A stretch of 64,000 nucleotides of DNA from Harriotta raleighana (Eukaryota): the NCBI GenBank assembly GCA_050575255.1, contig JBNZDD010013714.1, forward strand, positions 1,777,613-1,841,612, given 5' to 3'. A program made the translations under genes and the position numbers. The notes below the pieces were generated by a model, which was given only the letters and a program-made list of their open reading frames with translations, was not told where the DNA came from and made no database searches. Shown here in pieces: positions 36,194 to 49,740 of this stretch. The stretch's first letter is position 1; each line of letters begins with the position of its first letter.

Positions 36194-37063
36194 AGGAAGC
36201 AGATAGAAGTGGTCAACCTGCACCAAGTTATAGATTTGGGCCAAAAATGTCTTCAGCTTCAGCTAGATATTAAGTTCCTGATGCATGGTGCAACCATCAT
36301 CATCATAATCTTTGAATTTGATATCGCACCTTTTACACTATCAAGACATCTCAAATGCTCTCAAAACGCTTCACATCGTGAGTTCTGTAGCAAATGGAAA
36401 TGAAGGGTTCCTTGCACCTTTCATTTGGATTTTCCTCAGAATTGGGTGCAATACAGTTAAATTGCAGTGATTAATGTATGATGGAGCTTGGTGTATTATG
36501 TGGCTATCTGTGCACATGTCCTAATTGGTTTCTTGGAGCACAGGGGCAAGTTGCAACAGCCAGTTTCCATCAGGAAAAGTGTATTTTCCACTTTTGGAAT
36601 CAAACCATAATTGTTATAGTTTCCAAAGCCACAGTAACTATGGCATCAGCTCCTAGTATTTTACTGTATTTTGCCTCCCTGGGTATTAACTGAGAGTGCT
36701 TTTCGAATTAAGTATGCACGCTGCAGTTGCTTTGTTGATGTTGAAATGCTGGGATGTGACGGTGAGTGGAAAGGTTTGTGCTGGTGCCGAGTACAGGATT
36801 TACTGTCGGGTCAGCCTCCCATTGTAGAGCTGGGGAATGGCAGTATTTCAGCCACCAATCTCTATCCGCTTTTATTGCTTACAACACTGCCTTGGTTTAA
36901 GCAAAGTCGTTGAATTTAATTCAGAACCTTTCACCTCGTTTTGCTGTGAACAGGTTTTTGCAAATTAAATACTGGGTTGAAACTGTTGAGTCGAGTAACT
37001 GAAAGGATGATGTACAAGTAGATTTTTTTTGGTAAACTTTGATGGTTTTATTTTGTTTTCCAG

Positions 37064-37169
37064 ATGATGTGCTGAGTAAGGATGCTGGAGAATGTGTAAT
37101 CTGTTTGGAGGAGCTTCTGCAAGGAGACACAATAGCTCGGCTTCCTTGTCTGTGTATTTACCATAAAAG
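37064..37169 (+). CDS. ZNRF1: ZNRF1 RING-H2 exon
   Basis: ttttccAG|...|GTacg, 106 bp, phase 1/2. Encodes (D)DVLSKDAGECVICLEELLQGDTIARLPCLCIYHK(S). Confidence 0.97.
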
Positions 37170-38374
37170 GTACGACGAGATCTGAGTAAAATCAAAGTAA
37201 ATGTTTTTGAACAAAGATTTAGGTGCAGTTTTTTGAATATTGTGAGTTGGTTTTTTTTCTGACACACGTGGAAACCCATCTTAGATTTCCGAGTATCCAA
37301 ACCAGAGAGTTCCACATATGCATGGAAATTTTGTTTTGTCTCGGATCAAATTTGCACATTCCAAATGTGCTGCAGATTGACAAGATGGACTCCACCAATG
37401 ACACTGTTATGTTATTTCATCCAAAATACAATCTAGATTCACTCAGTCCTTCATTTGCAATTTTACAACTCAACCTCTTTCAAACCTGCCTAGTCACTCA
37501 TCCCAGAATCCTTTTATCCTTGCATCCTCCATGTTCAATTACCACTTAGGTCCTTAAAACAATATTCAGCAGTGCGCTCTGGGGTGCTACCTGAGTTTAA
37601 CCAACTGAAACTGTGCAGCTTTTCAAATGCTTTGCAAAGGCTGTCTTGCAAGCTTCCAGATGTTTGTCCAGCAAGCATCACCATACCCATTATGGCTTTG
37701 TGTGTATGATTAACAGAGGCCAAATAGGAAGAATCCCTGCTCTCTGCAAGTGAGAGATGAAGGATATTAACTACTCAGACTGGCATTGTAAAGGAAATAG
37801 TTCCGAATAATGATTCTTGGCAATATTGTTGTGCTGCACCTTTTAGTTATAATTCAATCTAATCTCAGAGTGGGGAGTGAGGTGAAAAATTCAGTGGTAG
37901 TGCTTTGAGAGCTGGTTCAAATGATTCATCATCACCACTAAAAATGGAAATCTGTTTGCAACTGATTACATTAGTGAAGCTGATGTGTCTCTATCTTGCA
38001 ACGCAAATCATTCAATTATGAACTCATGAAATTTTATTAATGTGTTTAGAAAACATGCTGGTGTATACAGAACAGAGTCTGTAACCTGTAACACTGCTGT
38101 GTGCAATTGGTTGTTGCGTTTCGGCCACAAAAATGCACAGTCAATTCACTTTGTGGTGAGTGAGCCTTCAGCCAATCTGTCCCCACCTTTTGCAAATCCA
38201 TCCTGCAGACTGGTGCCCCTCCCTTGCCTCCTTCAGGACCCATCTCAAGACCCTCCTTTTCGACCATGCCTTCAGTAATCCTTCCCCCTGACCTCCACCC
38301 TCCCTGATTCCGATCCCCCAGTTCCAATCCAAATCATTGTTTGTCCAGTGCTTTGTAATGTCCTTCTGTCATGA

Positions 38375-38464
38375 AAGAAACAACTTATTCATCTTAAAAA
38401 ATAATATTTATACATTTAATCAAATGTATAAATATTATTTTTTAAGATGAATAAGTTGTTTCTT
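38375..38464. repeat. Perfect inverted repeat, 43-bp arms, 4-nt spacer
   Basis: 38375-38417 is the exact reverse complement of 38422-38464; the spacer is AATC. Confidence 0.95.
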
Positions 38465-38579
38465 CAGGTAAGCGAGGACTCAATATGGGAGATATTTGTC
38501 TAGTGTCATTGAAAAAAAGTTCTGTAGATGTGATTACATAGCCTTTCCTCCAGTCTAGATCTACCAATAAGGTATCTTC

Positions 38580-38850
38580 CAACAACAATACCAAAATTAC
38601 AATTGTATAGTGCCTTTCATATCAGGAGGACAGTCAGTGTTTCGGACCCAAGCTGGGATCGGGGAGGGCGGAGGGAGGGGGGATGGCTACCAATGGCGCG
38701 GTCAAAGAGTGGATGAGGCGGAGGGGTGGTTGAATAGAATTCCAAAGATTAGGGGCAGAGTGTCGAAAACTCGCCCGCCAATGGTGGGTCGGGGGATATG
38801 GAACAGGCCAGAACCTGCTGAGGAGAAGGAGCGGACAGGTTGGTAGGGAG
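38580..38850 (-). mobile_element. L2 3' fragment
   Basis: (CAA)n tail and a G-rich body complementary to the 5300-5640 region. Confidence 0.7.
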
Positions 38851-38944
38851 TTATGCCACAGAATGTATTACTTATTACAGTAGTAATAATGTAATATATT
38901 ATTACAGAGTTACTCTATCCCATCGAAAACCTTTAACCTTATTA

Positions 38945-39292
38945 GTCCTGTAGCTTAGTGGTTAGAGCACTCATCTCGCAAGCGATAGACCTGGGTTCTA
39001 TTCCAGGCAGGGCAAAATGTTGGGCATACACTGCCTTACTCCACAAGCCTCTGTTAACCTCACAGTAAGTCGAAACCCGCTTGTTAGTCAATTAGCGGAT
39101 GGCTTTTCAGGGGATAATGATAATTTGGTCACTCAATCCACTATTGTTCATAGGACACTGACTGCGCAATTGGCTGCCGCGTTTCCCCCACAAATATATA
39201 GCCAATTCACTTTACAGTGAATTAATATTCTGTGAAACACTTTGAGACATCTAGAAGTGAAAATCCCTGTATGAAATGCAAGAATTTATTAT
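38945..39292 (+). mobile_element. tRNA-derived SINE (long subfamily)
   Basis: Head GTCCTGTAGCTTAGTGGTTAGAGCACTC...GACCTGGGTTCTATTCCAGG; retains the central CCTCTGTTAACC segment. Confidence 0.85.
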
Positions 39293-39767
39293 CAGAAGAG
39301 AAATGCTCTGCTAACACAATAGAAAATTGCCTTAACATAGTTCAGTTAACTACTTTAGGTAGGAATAGACCTTTGATCCATCTAGTCTATTTGTTCAGCT
39401 TTCCAAAAATTACTTTGACATATCTCTCATCATTGAATAACCTTCAATGCTTTTAGTTTCCAGTTTTAGTTCAATTCTGAAACCCATTACAATTTCCTGA
39501 TCCACCACCTTTGCTTGTTCTATGTCCATATTGCCTTTATATTTCGCCCACAAAATATACAGCCAATACATTTTACTGTATATTCTGTGAAGCGCTTTGA
39601 GTCATGACAAAGACGTGATAAGGTGCTACATCAATCGCAATAATTATTATTAACGAAAATAGATGTACCTGAACTTCCAAATAACTTTGTTTTCATTTTG
39701 AAGCTATATTCACTTATTCTTGAATTTTGTACGTGCCTACATATAAACCTCTCAAACGTTTACAATT

Positions 39768-40076
39768 ATAATAATAATCCTTGCATTTGATAGTGTGCTT
39801 TTCACGTCTTCTCGAGATCTCAAAGCGCTTCACAGAATATACTATAAATTGATTATATATGTATGTGTGTGCGTGGGTGAAATGCAGCAGCAGCCAATTG
39901 CACACAGCAGTGTTCCACAAACAGTTATGGATTGAAATGACTTGATCTTTTTTTTTGGAGGGATTGTTATCAGGCATGTGGTGTATGGAAACTTGCCCAA
40001 AGTTTCGCCCTACCTGGAATCGAACCATGGTCTCCCACTTGTAAGGCGAGTGCTCTAACCAATGAGCTACAGGACT
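39768..40076 (-). mobile_element. tRNA-derived SINE (short subfamily), full length
   Basis: Complete from head to tail, with B-box GGTTCGATTCC. Confidence 0.88.
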
Positions 40077-40298
40077 ATACTTTAAATGCTTCTATAAAAT
40101 CCTCTGTCATTTTGGAAGAAAGAGTGGTCCTAATGTGGCCAACATGAGTATTGCCCCCTCAAGATCCTGGAATTAATTAAATGTCTTTCTGCTGCACTTC
40201 CTCTAACAGCTGAGTATCTTATTCATAGTAGAATATTACTAATTGAGCCAAACTTACATCCTTGTAAGTCATTTCAGTACTTCTCTACTTTCATAATA

Positions 40299-41354
40299 CA
40301 GTAAAACCTTGTTTATCCGTGACTCAATGAACTGGAAAACCCATTCAACCACCACCTCAAAAAAGTCCTGATTCGATTAACCGGAAGTTAACTGGCAAAT
40401 AGTGATGATGCGTTTAATGAATGGACTGTGGCAAACTAGTGCAGTACTTGCGAGTGCAGTATTCGCGGCTGGCCACTATGTGGGTCTAAACTGGTGAGAC
40501 GCTCAGAGAGCTGGGCCAATTACAGGTAACAGAGAGGGACACACAGACACAGTTAGAGAGACACACACAGACACAGATAGAGAGACACATACAGACCACA
40601 GATAGAGAGACACACACACAGAGAGATACACACTCAGACACAGAGAAGAAGGGAGACACATACAGACACAGAGAGATAGACACAGAGAGAGAAACACACA
40701 CAGAGACATAGACAGAGAAAGAAAGAGGGGGAAAGAGACACAGAGAGAGAGACACACACATAGACAGAGAAAGAGAGAGAGACACACACAGAGACAAAGA
40801 AAGAGAAACACACACATAGATACAAAGAGAGAGACACATACACACACAGAGAGGGAGAGAGACACACACAGAGACAAAGAGAGAGAAAATCACACACATA
40901 GACACAGAGAGAGATACATACACCCACAGGGAGGGAGAGAGACACACATACATAGACAGAGAGAGAGACAGAGAGAGAGATCGCTCCTGCTCCCTTTAAA
41001 AGTCGCGTGTTTTTTATCTCGGTCGTTATTATCTGTTAATGGAAACTCACGCATAGTGATGCTTGTCTAACCTATAAAGCAATAGAATTTACAACACAGA
41101 AGTTGCTACTTTGGTCCATTTGACCTAAAATAGGTCAGGTAAGGGCTGCGATTGCAAAGTTAATTATAAATAAAAGTACTAATACAATATTCTATTATTA
41201 TTTAGTCTATTATTAATATGATATGTGTTAAAATAATGTTTAACATTTTTTAAAAAATTATTTAATTTGTTTTTTAAAGATCCATTCAACCGGAAAAAAC
41301 GTTTAACCGCCACTGGCCAGGTCCCATAGGTGCCGGATAAACAAGGTTTTATTG
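40299..41354 (-). mobile_element. Tigger-like MITE family A with internal GA/CA microsatellite
   Basis: TA|CAGTAAAACCTTGTTTATCCG ... CGGATAAACAAGGTTTTATTG|TA. It is the reverse complement of the 14947 copy. Confidence 0.9.
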
Positions 41355-41795
41355 TATAAATATAAAATCGATGTAACCACAGACAGGAGAACATGAATCT
41401 ATGACTGCTGAAAATTTGAAATAAAACCAGAAGTCTGGGAAATATACACAAAATTGATCAGTGTCTGAAAGGGGACAACAAGTTAATGTTCTGAATATAG
41501 CCCTTTATCACCAAGATAAAAAAAATTGAATTGTATGTCTTTTTCCAATAATATTCTGTATCGGCAGCATATTCATTTTCTTTTCCTGTCTTTCACGTTG
41601 GGAAAAGCTGCAGTTGAGGTCTGCCTCAAACAGTCCTCCCTCAAACTGAGACTCGCATCTCAAGGTTTTTTTTTGACACGCATTTGAAATTCTTCCAGAG
41701 GAAAAAAAAATGTCAGATTCATCAGAACAGCTAAATGGAAAAATAGGTTGTGTGCTATAAGAAATATATAATAGTGTATATTTATATATAGATGT

Positions 41796-41828
<33 letters not shown>

Positions 41829-44365
41829 TTAGATGCAACACCTCAACATAGACCCTAGCGTATGGCCCAGTTATTTTCATTTTCCACCAAGATCTACCTT
41901 CACTCACCCAAAGCAAATTCCTCTCTTACTTACCAGTTAAAGCTGAAGCAATGGTGTCACAATCATTAATCTTCTCTTGTGTGAATGTCACTGCTTATTA
42001 AGATGACGGTGCACCCTGACAATATCTACACTGACAGCCTCTCCTGACATAAGAACTGACCAAAAACAGAATAAAGCTCAGCATAATATTGAAGCAGAAT
42101 TATAAATAATAAATAACTGGGAATGATTTTAAGACATTTTCTGTCAGGCTAGTTAAAATTGCTTAGGCTTTGCTGTCGGTTTATTGCATCATCTGGATTA
42201 GCCTTGTGTTTGCTCCCAGGTAAGCAATAGAGTTGCCAGAGTTACCTCATTTATACTGAAGCAGAGTTATGCACATTTGTAGGAAAGGAAACCTTTATTT
42301 GGCGTTCTTGGTAATTATATTCGTCAACGCTATGATTCTCTCACAAATAATGCAAAAACTCATGTGTCATTGAAAGGCCTGTCTTTTTGAATGTAGGGGC
42401 TGAGTGAGCTCAACGACACATTCCACCCCACCTACAGCCTCACCTTCATTCCACCCAGACACATAGCATTTTCATTATTGTCTACATCTGTCACTATCTG
42501 TTATTATGGTGGGGGGAAAGTGCAGCAACATAAATTTACATTGGTTTACTTAAACGCATTCTTTTTGAGGAAGGAAGAGCCATTGCATTTGTACTTGAGA
42601 TATTAAAAGAGCTTGATGATTTTTTCAACAAAGTAACGTTCAATTGGTGCGCCTCTCCTGAAAATACTAATGCTTGAGTTAATTACAGTTGTCCAAATTA
42701 TTTTTCTATTTTGATGACCTTAAAAATGAACAATCCTCAGGGCAAGATGATAGTTAACTAAAATGTGATGTGATATGTGCATTTAGCTGCGGCAGCACAG
42801 TGGATTGATTGTGTTTAATCTGCGAAGAGCTATGTTGTGTTTCTGGTCGGGTGAATGATGCTGAGGTGTGCCCACTTGATGTAGTCCAGTCAGAATAGTG
42901 ATCCCAGGCATCAAAAGGCAAAATAATTTTGCCCAATCAGGGAGTGAAATCCTGACTTGAGTTCTGAAGTATGGAATGCTAATTCTGAAAATCGATTGAA
43001 TACCTTTAACCCCCAATTAATAATGTTGATTTGCCATTTTAAAATGAATTAAAGTAAAGGGGGAGAAGGAAAATATTAAGTATAAGTGTGGATTTATGTC
43101 TTAGCATTCTGGCATGCTGCTTAAAAGGTAGATTGTCCAGTTCAAAAACTGGATTGTCTGGTGCAAAATGGCCAAGAGGGCTGTGGGTGAAATAGTTGAG
43201 AGTATTAGGTAAAGTAGTTAGAAACTAAGCTAACCATTTAAAGGAGAAATTGACATTTTAGGCTTTTTTAAAAATAACTATGCACGTCACCCTTCCAAGT
43301 TCCGGTTCCAGCAGCAATTAATTTTTCCATTTCGTTTATATGAGGAAGACCAGTTTAGCAGTAACTATTTTCCACTTCCCGATCCGATCACAGCTATTAA
43401 TTGTGAAGGAGTTGTTACCCAAGGTGATGTATTGCTAGCTAAGAGACATCTATAGTTCGCAAGCACAAACATAATTGTTTTTTTTCCATGCTTTCTTCTT
43501 CCTTCCAGGAATGTATTTCTAAAAAGATTATTTTAACATAAATCTGCAGCAGCATATGCTGACCATTAATCTTGTCTCCCAGGAATGCTCTTTGTACTCC
43601 TGTAAAAATGATGAGCATTTTATAGCTAGTCCCTAAAGTGCATCTTCACATGCTTCCATTTTTCATTCTGAGAACAGAGGCAGGTTGTTTTTAATGATGT
43701 GCAAACCGATTACTTGAAATGTAGCATATACTACACAGTCCATGAAACACCATTCATTGCCTTTGCATTGGAATTTAGGGTCCCCACATACTAGAGACAT
43801 TGTAAAAGATTTCATGTTGTAACAATGAGGCGGCTTAGGAACAAGAGGTAGATATTTAGCTTGTTCTGCCATTCTGTTAGATCATGGTGTATCATTTAAT
43901 CATGTCCATATCTTTTCTCCTTTAATATTCTTACTCACTTAAGATGTAAGTCATTCCGTTATGTGGGGTTGCATTGAATTTAAATCCGAGACAGTTAAAG
44001 GTTTGCATTTTTTCAGATGTTCCATGTTGGTTTTCAAAGTCTGAATATTTTGCTAATTTATTGGACACCCATTCAAAAAAAATATGAATCATCCAAAAAT
44101 CAATGCAAGAACGAAATTTCAGACTCCTGACATGGTTCAGTAACTAGTCCCGCCAGCCTGCTGTTGATTGCTGATTGCTGAACTGTTAACTGGAGATGGG
44201 CATGGCCTTTCCATTGTCAGCGACATTCACTTTTGTTTGCGTAGGTCAGGTGGTGACCATAGAAACGGGAGTTCAGTGCTGTACTGTACTGTGTTGTTCA
44301 TGTTGGCACGGGTAAATAGTGGTGCACTGCCATCTACTGTACTTCTCAGAAAGGCAGGTAAAAAT

Positions 44366-44520
44366 TCTGAATCAAAAACAGAAATTGCTGGAGAAACTCA
44401 GCAGATCAGGCAGCATCCATGGAGAAAGGAAAGCGAGTCAACATTTCGGGTCCACGACCCTTCGTCAGAACTGGGGAGTGTTTGGAGAGAGAGGTTTTTA
44501 AGGACATTAGAGGAGGGGGG
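44366..44520 (-). mobile_element. Penelope-like terminal fragment with intact hammerhead core
   Basis: The minus strand reads AGTT-CTGACGA-A-GGGTC-GTG-GACCC-GAAA-TGTT-GACT (44436-44472), then CCATGGATGCTGCCTGATCTGCTGAGTTTCTCCAGC. Confidence 0.7.
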
Positions 44521-46034
44521 GACATGGCAAGAATTCCATCAGATGGATCAGAATTCTTGTCTGCAAAAAATACAGGATCTTTCATAGATGCCAAACTATG
44601 CCTCCATAGTTTGCTGATCCTGAATGACAGTGAAACATTTTAAGAAGATTTTGTTAAGGGATTAAAAAGTCCGTTGACAAAAAATGACAAGGTTCTCCAC
44701 AAAAAATATTGTTCAGTAAATAAATGAACTTCTGCTTCCAAAGAGAAAACAGTTTTGGAGACCTTTTTGGCTCCACTTTGTATGACCCTCAACAAGAATA
44801 GTGTTCTTTACTGTTGGTATCCGCATTAATCATTTGACTGAGTGTATGAGCTTCAGCTATGGGCCGGTCTTTCGCAATATGTCCACAGTTATGTTCTCCT
44901 TATTTGTACAGCGGACATAGGGAAAGAGTAGCTATATTTCTGTGTACAATTATTGTCTCTTGGGGCTGAACAATACAGAAGACAGATGCTTTGTGTAAAG
45001 AAAGGGACTTTGGAGTCAGGTATAGCTGTGACCTTTCTCAGAACATCCAGCTTCTGTTAGGTTTTTCATCCAAATGTTCTTTTGTTAGTAACCTTGAGCA
45101 AAAACAGGTGTGGGCAGTGGTTTGGAAGTTCAAAGCATATCAAGTTGTACCTTGAACATGGACTGATTTTTTAACAGTATTTTATTTTTGGAACTGTTAA
45201 AATACAAAGAATCCACAAATATCTCAGCTATCTATTTGTGGCTGACATTGGAGCTGGGCCAGTGTCAAATACGTGAAATGCCACATGATGCTGGCTATGA
45301 TAAAGCAGATTCCTCAGCACAAAAGATCTGAAAATCCATGAGAGCATAATAATAATTCTTGTATTTGATATACAACAACAACTTAGGTTTATATAGCGCC
45401 CTCCACGCCAGGCGGCATCTCTAAGCGCTTCTCAATGGCGGAGCCCAAGGCCGAGCCAGGGGGAGGGGGAAGGTGACCGTAAGCGCGTTCAAAGAGGTAG
45501 ACTCCTCAAATGCTTCACAGAAAATATACTGTAAAGTAAATCAATTCTATACTTTGTGGACAAAAACATCAAAGGAAACCTCAGTGTTTCTTGTTCACTA
45601 TTGTTAGTGGTATAGTGGTTTGATATTTGTGCAGAAAAAGTCTCCAGGAAGGGAATATCTGAACAGGGGAAAAGGGGGTAAAGTTACTGTTCTCTCACAT
45701 TATTTGCCTCTTTAGTCAAACAATTAGCCAACAAAATTGGAAGTTCTTTGTTCTTTTGTAGACAAAATATTTTGTAGATAAAACCAGTATCTTTCTATGA
45801 ATGCGTACAAAAACTTACTTTCATATTTACTTTTCACAATCAACTAATGTTCTCTTTCTTAAAAAAGAATACAGCTACTCATTGTTTACTTATCTAGGGC
45901 TTATCCCGTTGTTTCAGAAAGAATTCTTTTTCCCAGGACATGTGGCCACAGTTGACCCCGACATGTGCAGTTTCTTGGAAGCCATCACTGCTGATGAGAG
46001 AAATATTCATAAATATTTATCCTTCTAATTAAAA

Positions 46035-46470
46035 AAACCAACAACAAAGTTACATTTGTATAGTGCCTTTCATGTCAGGAGGACATCCCAAATCAGTGTT
46101 TCAGACCCGAGCTGGGGTTGGGGAAGGTGGAGGGAGATTGGGTGACTGATGGGATCCTCGAAGAGGAGGGTCTTGAGGCGGAACATGAAGGAGGCCAGGG
46201 AAGGGGACAAGACGGTGAGACTTCGGGATGGAATTTCAGAGGTTGAGGACAGAGTGGCTGAATGTTCGCCCACCAATAGTGAGGCGGGTGGGTTGGGGAA
46301 CGTGGAGCAGCAAGGAGCCCGCTGAACGGAGGGAACAGGCAGATTGGTAGGTGGTTAGGAGACTATAGTGGTGGGCATGGCCTTGAGGGCTTTAAAGGTG
46401 AGGACTAGGATCTTAAATTGAATCCTTTGGGTCATGGGGAGCCAATGGAGTTGGGTGAAAATGGGGTATA
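46035..46470 (-). mobile_element. L2 3' fragment
   Basis: (CAA)n tail and a body complementary to the L2 at 4942 (LHWLP..QRI.FKIL region). Confidence 0.8.
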
Positions 46471-49400
46471 GAACAACAACAACAAAAAATTACATTTATA
46501 GTGTGCCCTTCATGTCGGAGAAGCAGTGTAGAAGGATGGAATGATAATTAAATTATGTGTTTGGAACTTATATGATGCTTGATGGGTGTACTATGTTCTG
46601 TGCTCATAGGTGCAAAAGTAATTTGCCTTTACTTGCTCTTTGCACCCTCCCCATACATACAGTTATATTTTTCAAATATTCAGTTGCTTAATAACAATGG
46701 AGTATTGGCACACTTAAGTTGCCAAAGAGCTGGCGATGAGAATGTTTGAGGGAAATGGGAAGATACATCAATGGAATAAGATCAAGGAAGATTAAGATCA
46801 GGAATTATTAAATTCCATTGATATTGGATGTAAACATGCATACCTGAATCTGACCAGAGACATATTTGGGAAAGGGGAATAATTCAGAGACGAATTATGT
46901 ATTAACACCAATGTTTCAATTAGATTAATTCAGTGCTGAAACTAATGGACAGAATCCTAAGGAAAGGAATTAAGTGCACAGGGCATCCCAAGAGATTCAA
47001 GGCAGTTCAGAAAAATGACTTCCTAATGTACTACGACCGGTGCTGTAAAGTGTTCACGTTATTGATATTGCAGCAAACTTCTTACTGCAAATTTTCAGGC
47101 ACAAGGGACTATTAATATGACTCTTTAAGTCAGTGGAGATATATTGATGCATCTCCAGCATGTCAAAACATGGTATGGCCTATCAGTTGTTATGATTTCT
47201 AAATCTATTAAAGAATCCAAACAACAATATTTGTAAACACCATGAAATGTAATCTTGCAGTGATTCCAATAGTATAAACACTGCTCACTAGGAATGCAGT
47301 TGTTCCATTCACTTCTGAGCAGTGTACTGTGCCCACGACATAACTAACCAGTCTGAATAATATTTATATGGATTGTTCAGGGCAGTAGAATCAATACATG
47401 TTTTGAGATCATTCTGGCTTGTTTCATATAATGTCATGGTATGATGTAGATCTTATTTACAGTGCTCCAAGATGCTACCCCAATGTATAAAGGCAAGATG
47501 TTTACCAGCGAACTGTAGAATGGCTAACAAGCCATAGATCAACAGTTTTTAACTTTCAATCAAAGAGAACATAAATTTGATTTACAAATAACAGGAGTTG
47601 CTAATATGGGAGTGAAATCTGATGATTGTCATCTTTACTAGAACAACAACAAAATTACATTTATATAGCGCCTTTCACGTCGGGAGGATGTCCCAAAGCG
47701 CTGAATAGTAATGGATCAGCAATCATGAGAGCAGCTGTAATAATTAATTAGGACAATTGTGCATTGTGCTGAATTATACTGTATACCAGATAGTTTTGTA
47801 ACTACTTTGGTGCCTATTGAAACCTAGGTGTCTTTTTTGTAGAACTGCTTATATAGGTCAGGAATTAGCTGCAGTCCACGGTTTTGCCCATAAGCACTTT
47901 TATGTAATGTACATCTCTTACTTTACAGTTCCCCTGCAAAATGTTATGCTAAGTCTGTGAACTCGCTCCAATGTGAGTGAATGTACATCTATACAACTGC
48001 ATCGCAGATGCATAGCATCACTTAGTGTGTGAAATGAATAGATGTTTTCAAACTCACTTCTAGAATTGTTTGTATCTTTGGAATGTTTGTGCATCTGCAT
48101 CCTGACCATTTGAATTTGGAAAATCAGCATTGTGACTATTTTTAAATTTCAATTTAAAGTTTACTCTTGCTCTTGGGGGATTATGCATGCCTGAAATAGA
48201 CCATTAGAGCCCAAAGTTAGAAAAATGCACTCCTTAATCTATCTCTTATATTACCTATTGCATCCTGTACCTCAAGCATCTAATTAGCTCCTTGAATTTG
48301 TTGTTGTTCAGTCCAGAACTGCACATGAATCCTTAGCAACATCTACCAACATTACCCTTTTTGTATGTATCTGCTGTCATCAACTGATTCGCATCAAGTA
48401 GCGCTTCCCAAAGCTCCCTCCCAAGTCACACTGTTTATTGAAAAGGCCTCTTTTCACGTTGAATGTATAATGGATATGAAGATGTGCAGCCTATTGTACT
48501 AGCAATGGAAATCACTTTGATGGGTGAGACTCTTTGCTGTTGGTACTGTCAGTCACTGTCAGTTCTCCTGCCAAGCTGAACTAAATAGTACACTGCAATT
48601 TGCTGAAAGGGAAAGAGAAGCCAAGAAACCAACCTGAAAAGCAGAGGTAGTAGAAAATGTAGATTTATGTAGAGTCTGGCAAGCAATATTGCGCGGAAAA
48701 AGGGGGAAGTAAGGAAATACAGAATGAATGAGACTGTTGACTAAATGGGACAATGGGAAATGGAAAGTCCAAAGTAGAAGATGAAGATTGAAGGTGGATA
48801 CAGCATAACATTGACTGGCATGGGTGAGATTTTTATTGACCTCCTGAACTTGTGTTGTTTTATTGAAGTGATTTCCAAGGAATCTGCACCCACAAATCAT
48901 TCAAAACCCAGGTTTAAAACTGGTTGAGGTAGACAGGAATCTTGATATTCACCTATTTTGTTAATTATAGCCATGTAATTGCTCCCAATATAATACATCT
49001 GAATCCTTTTATTGTTTAGTGAAGCATATTTATAACTTCCATGTGAACCATTTGACGGTGACAATTCACATGCATACACAAAGCAATGGCTTTCATCACT
49101 TGGGGTACTGCATAACAGCAGGGAAACTTTCAATAAAGCCAGAGGACGGCGTTGTACGCTATGCTGCTTTTTACTGGAACAACAGTATTTGGAGACCTTT
49201 ACAGTACAAATTACCATTGTTTGTTTAAGTAACAAAATGGTATCCATAGCTGGTAAAATGCCAGCCAAGGTTTATACAATACAATTTGCATTTATACAGC
49301 GTCTTTCATGTCAGTCTTTCATGTTTGAAAGCGCTTAACGCTGCTGGCTGCACACCCAAGCTGGGGGTGGAAACTGAAGAGGATGGGGAGGGAAAAAGTG

Positions 49401-49682
49401 ACTGAAAGTACAGGAAAAGAGGTACATTTCAAGACTGGGCTTGAATGAGCGGTGAGTGGAAGCACATCGGTGGGACTCTGGGATGGGTGGGGGCAGAATT
49501 GATATCAAATTAGATTGAGTTTTCTAAAACAAAACATCACTGTTGTAATGAATGCTAGGAACAGCAAAAATGCATAATTGCCTATTCTGTGTTCAGTGGG
49601 AGCTTTGGTAAAGTTTAAGTAGCCTGTGACAGTTCTTATTTATATCTGTAACAGTGTTTTATTATCTTCTCTCCCTCTCCAG

Positions 49683-49740
49683 CTGTATAGATTCATGGTT
49701 TGAAGTGAATAGATCATGTCCGGAACACCCTTCAGACTGA
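49683..49740 (+). CDS. ZNRF1: ZNRF1 last coding exon (exon continues non-coding to 49780)
   Basis: ctctccAG|C TGT ATA... encodes (S)CIDSWFEVNRSCPEHPSD*, completing the RING-H2. A consensus donor AAG|GTAAGT lies at 49780/49781. Confidence 0.97.

Noticed and set aside
36921-37315. Minus-strand ORFs over the RING exon (likewise 49662-49910 and plus-strand ORFs over LDHD exons)
   Set aside because: Antisense shadows of real exons.
38945-39015. tRNA-like sequences with A/B boxes
   Set aside because: They are SINE heads that continue into SINE bodies and show degenerate cloverleafs.
44855-44933. Imperfect hairpin (TCTTTC..TATGTCC / GGACATA..GAAAGA)
   Set aside because: Short interrupted stems, plausible by chance, and no recognisable miRNA.
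9541-49740. Assignment as ZNRF2
   Set aside because: The residues (CPICSKSVASDEMEMHFIMCLSKPRLSYN, CVICLEELLQ, HKSCIDSW) and the LDHD adjacency fit ZNRF1.
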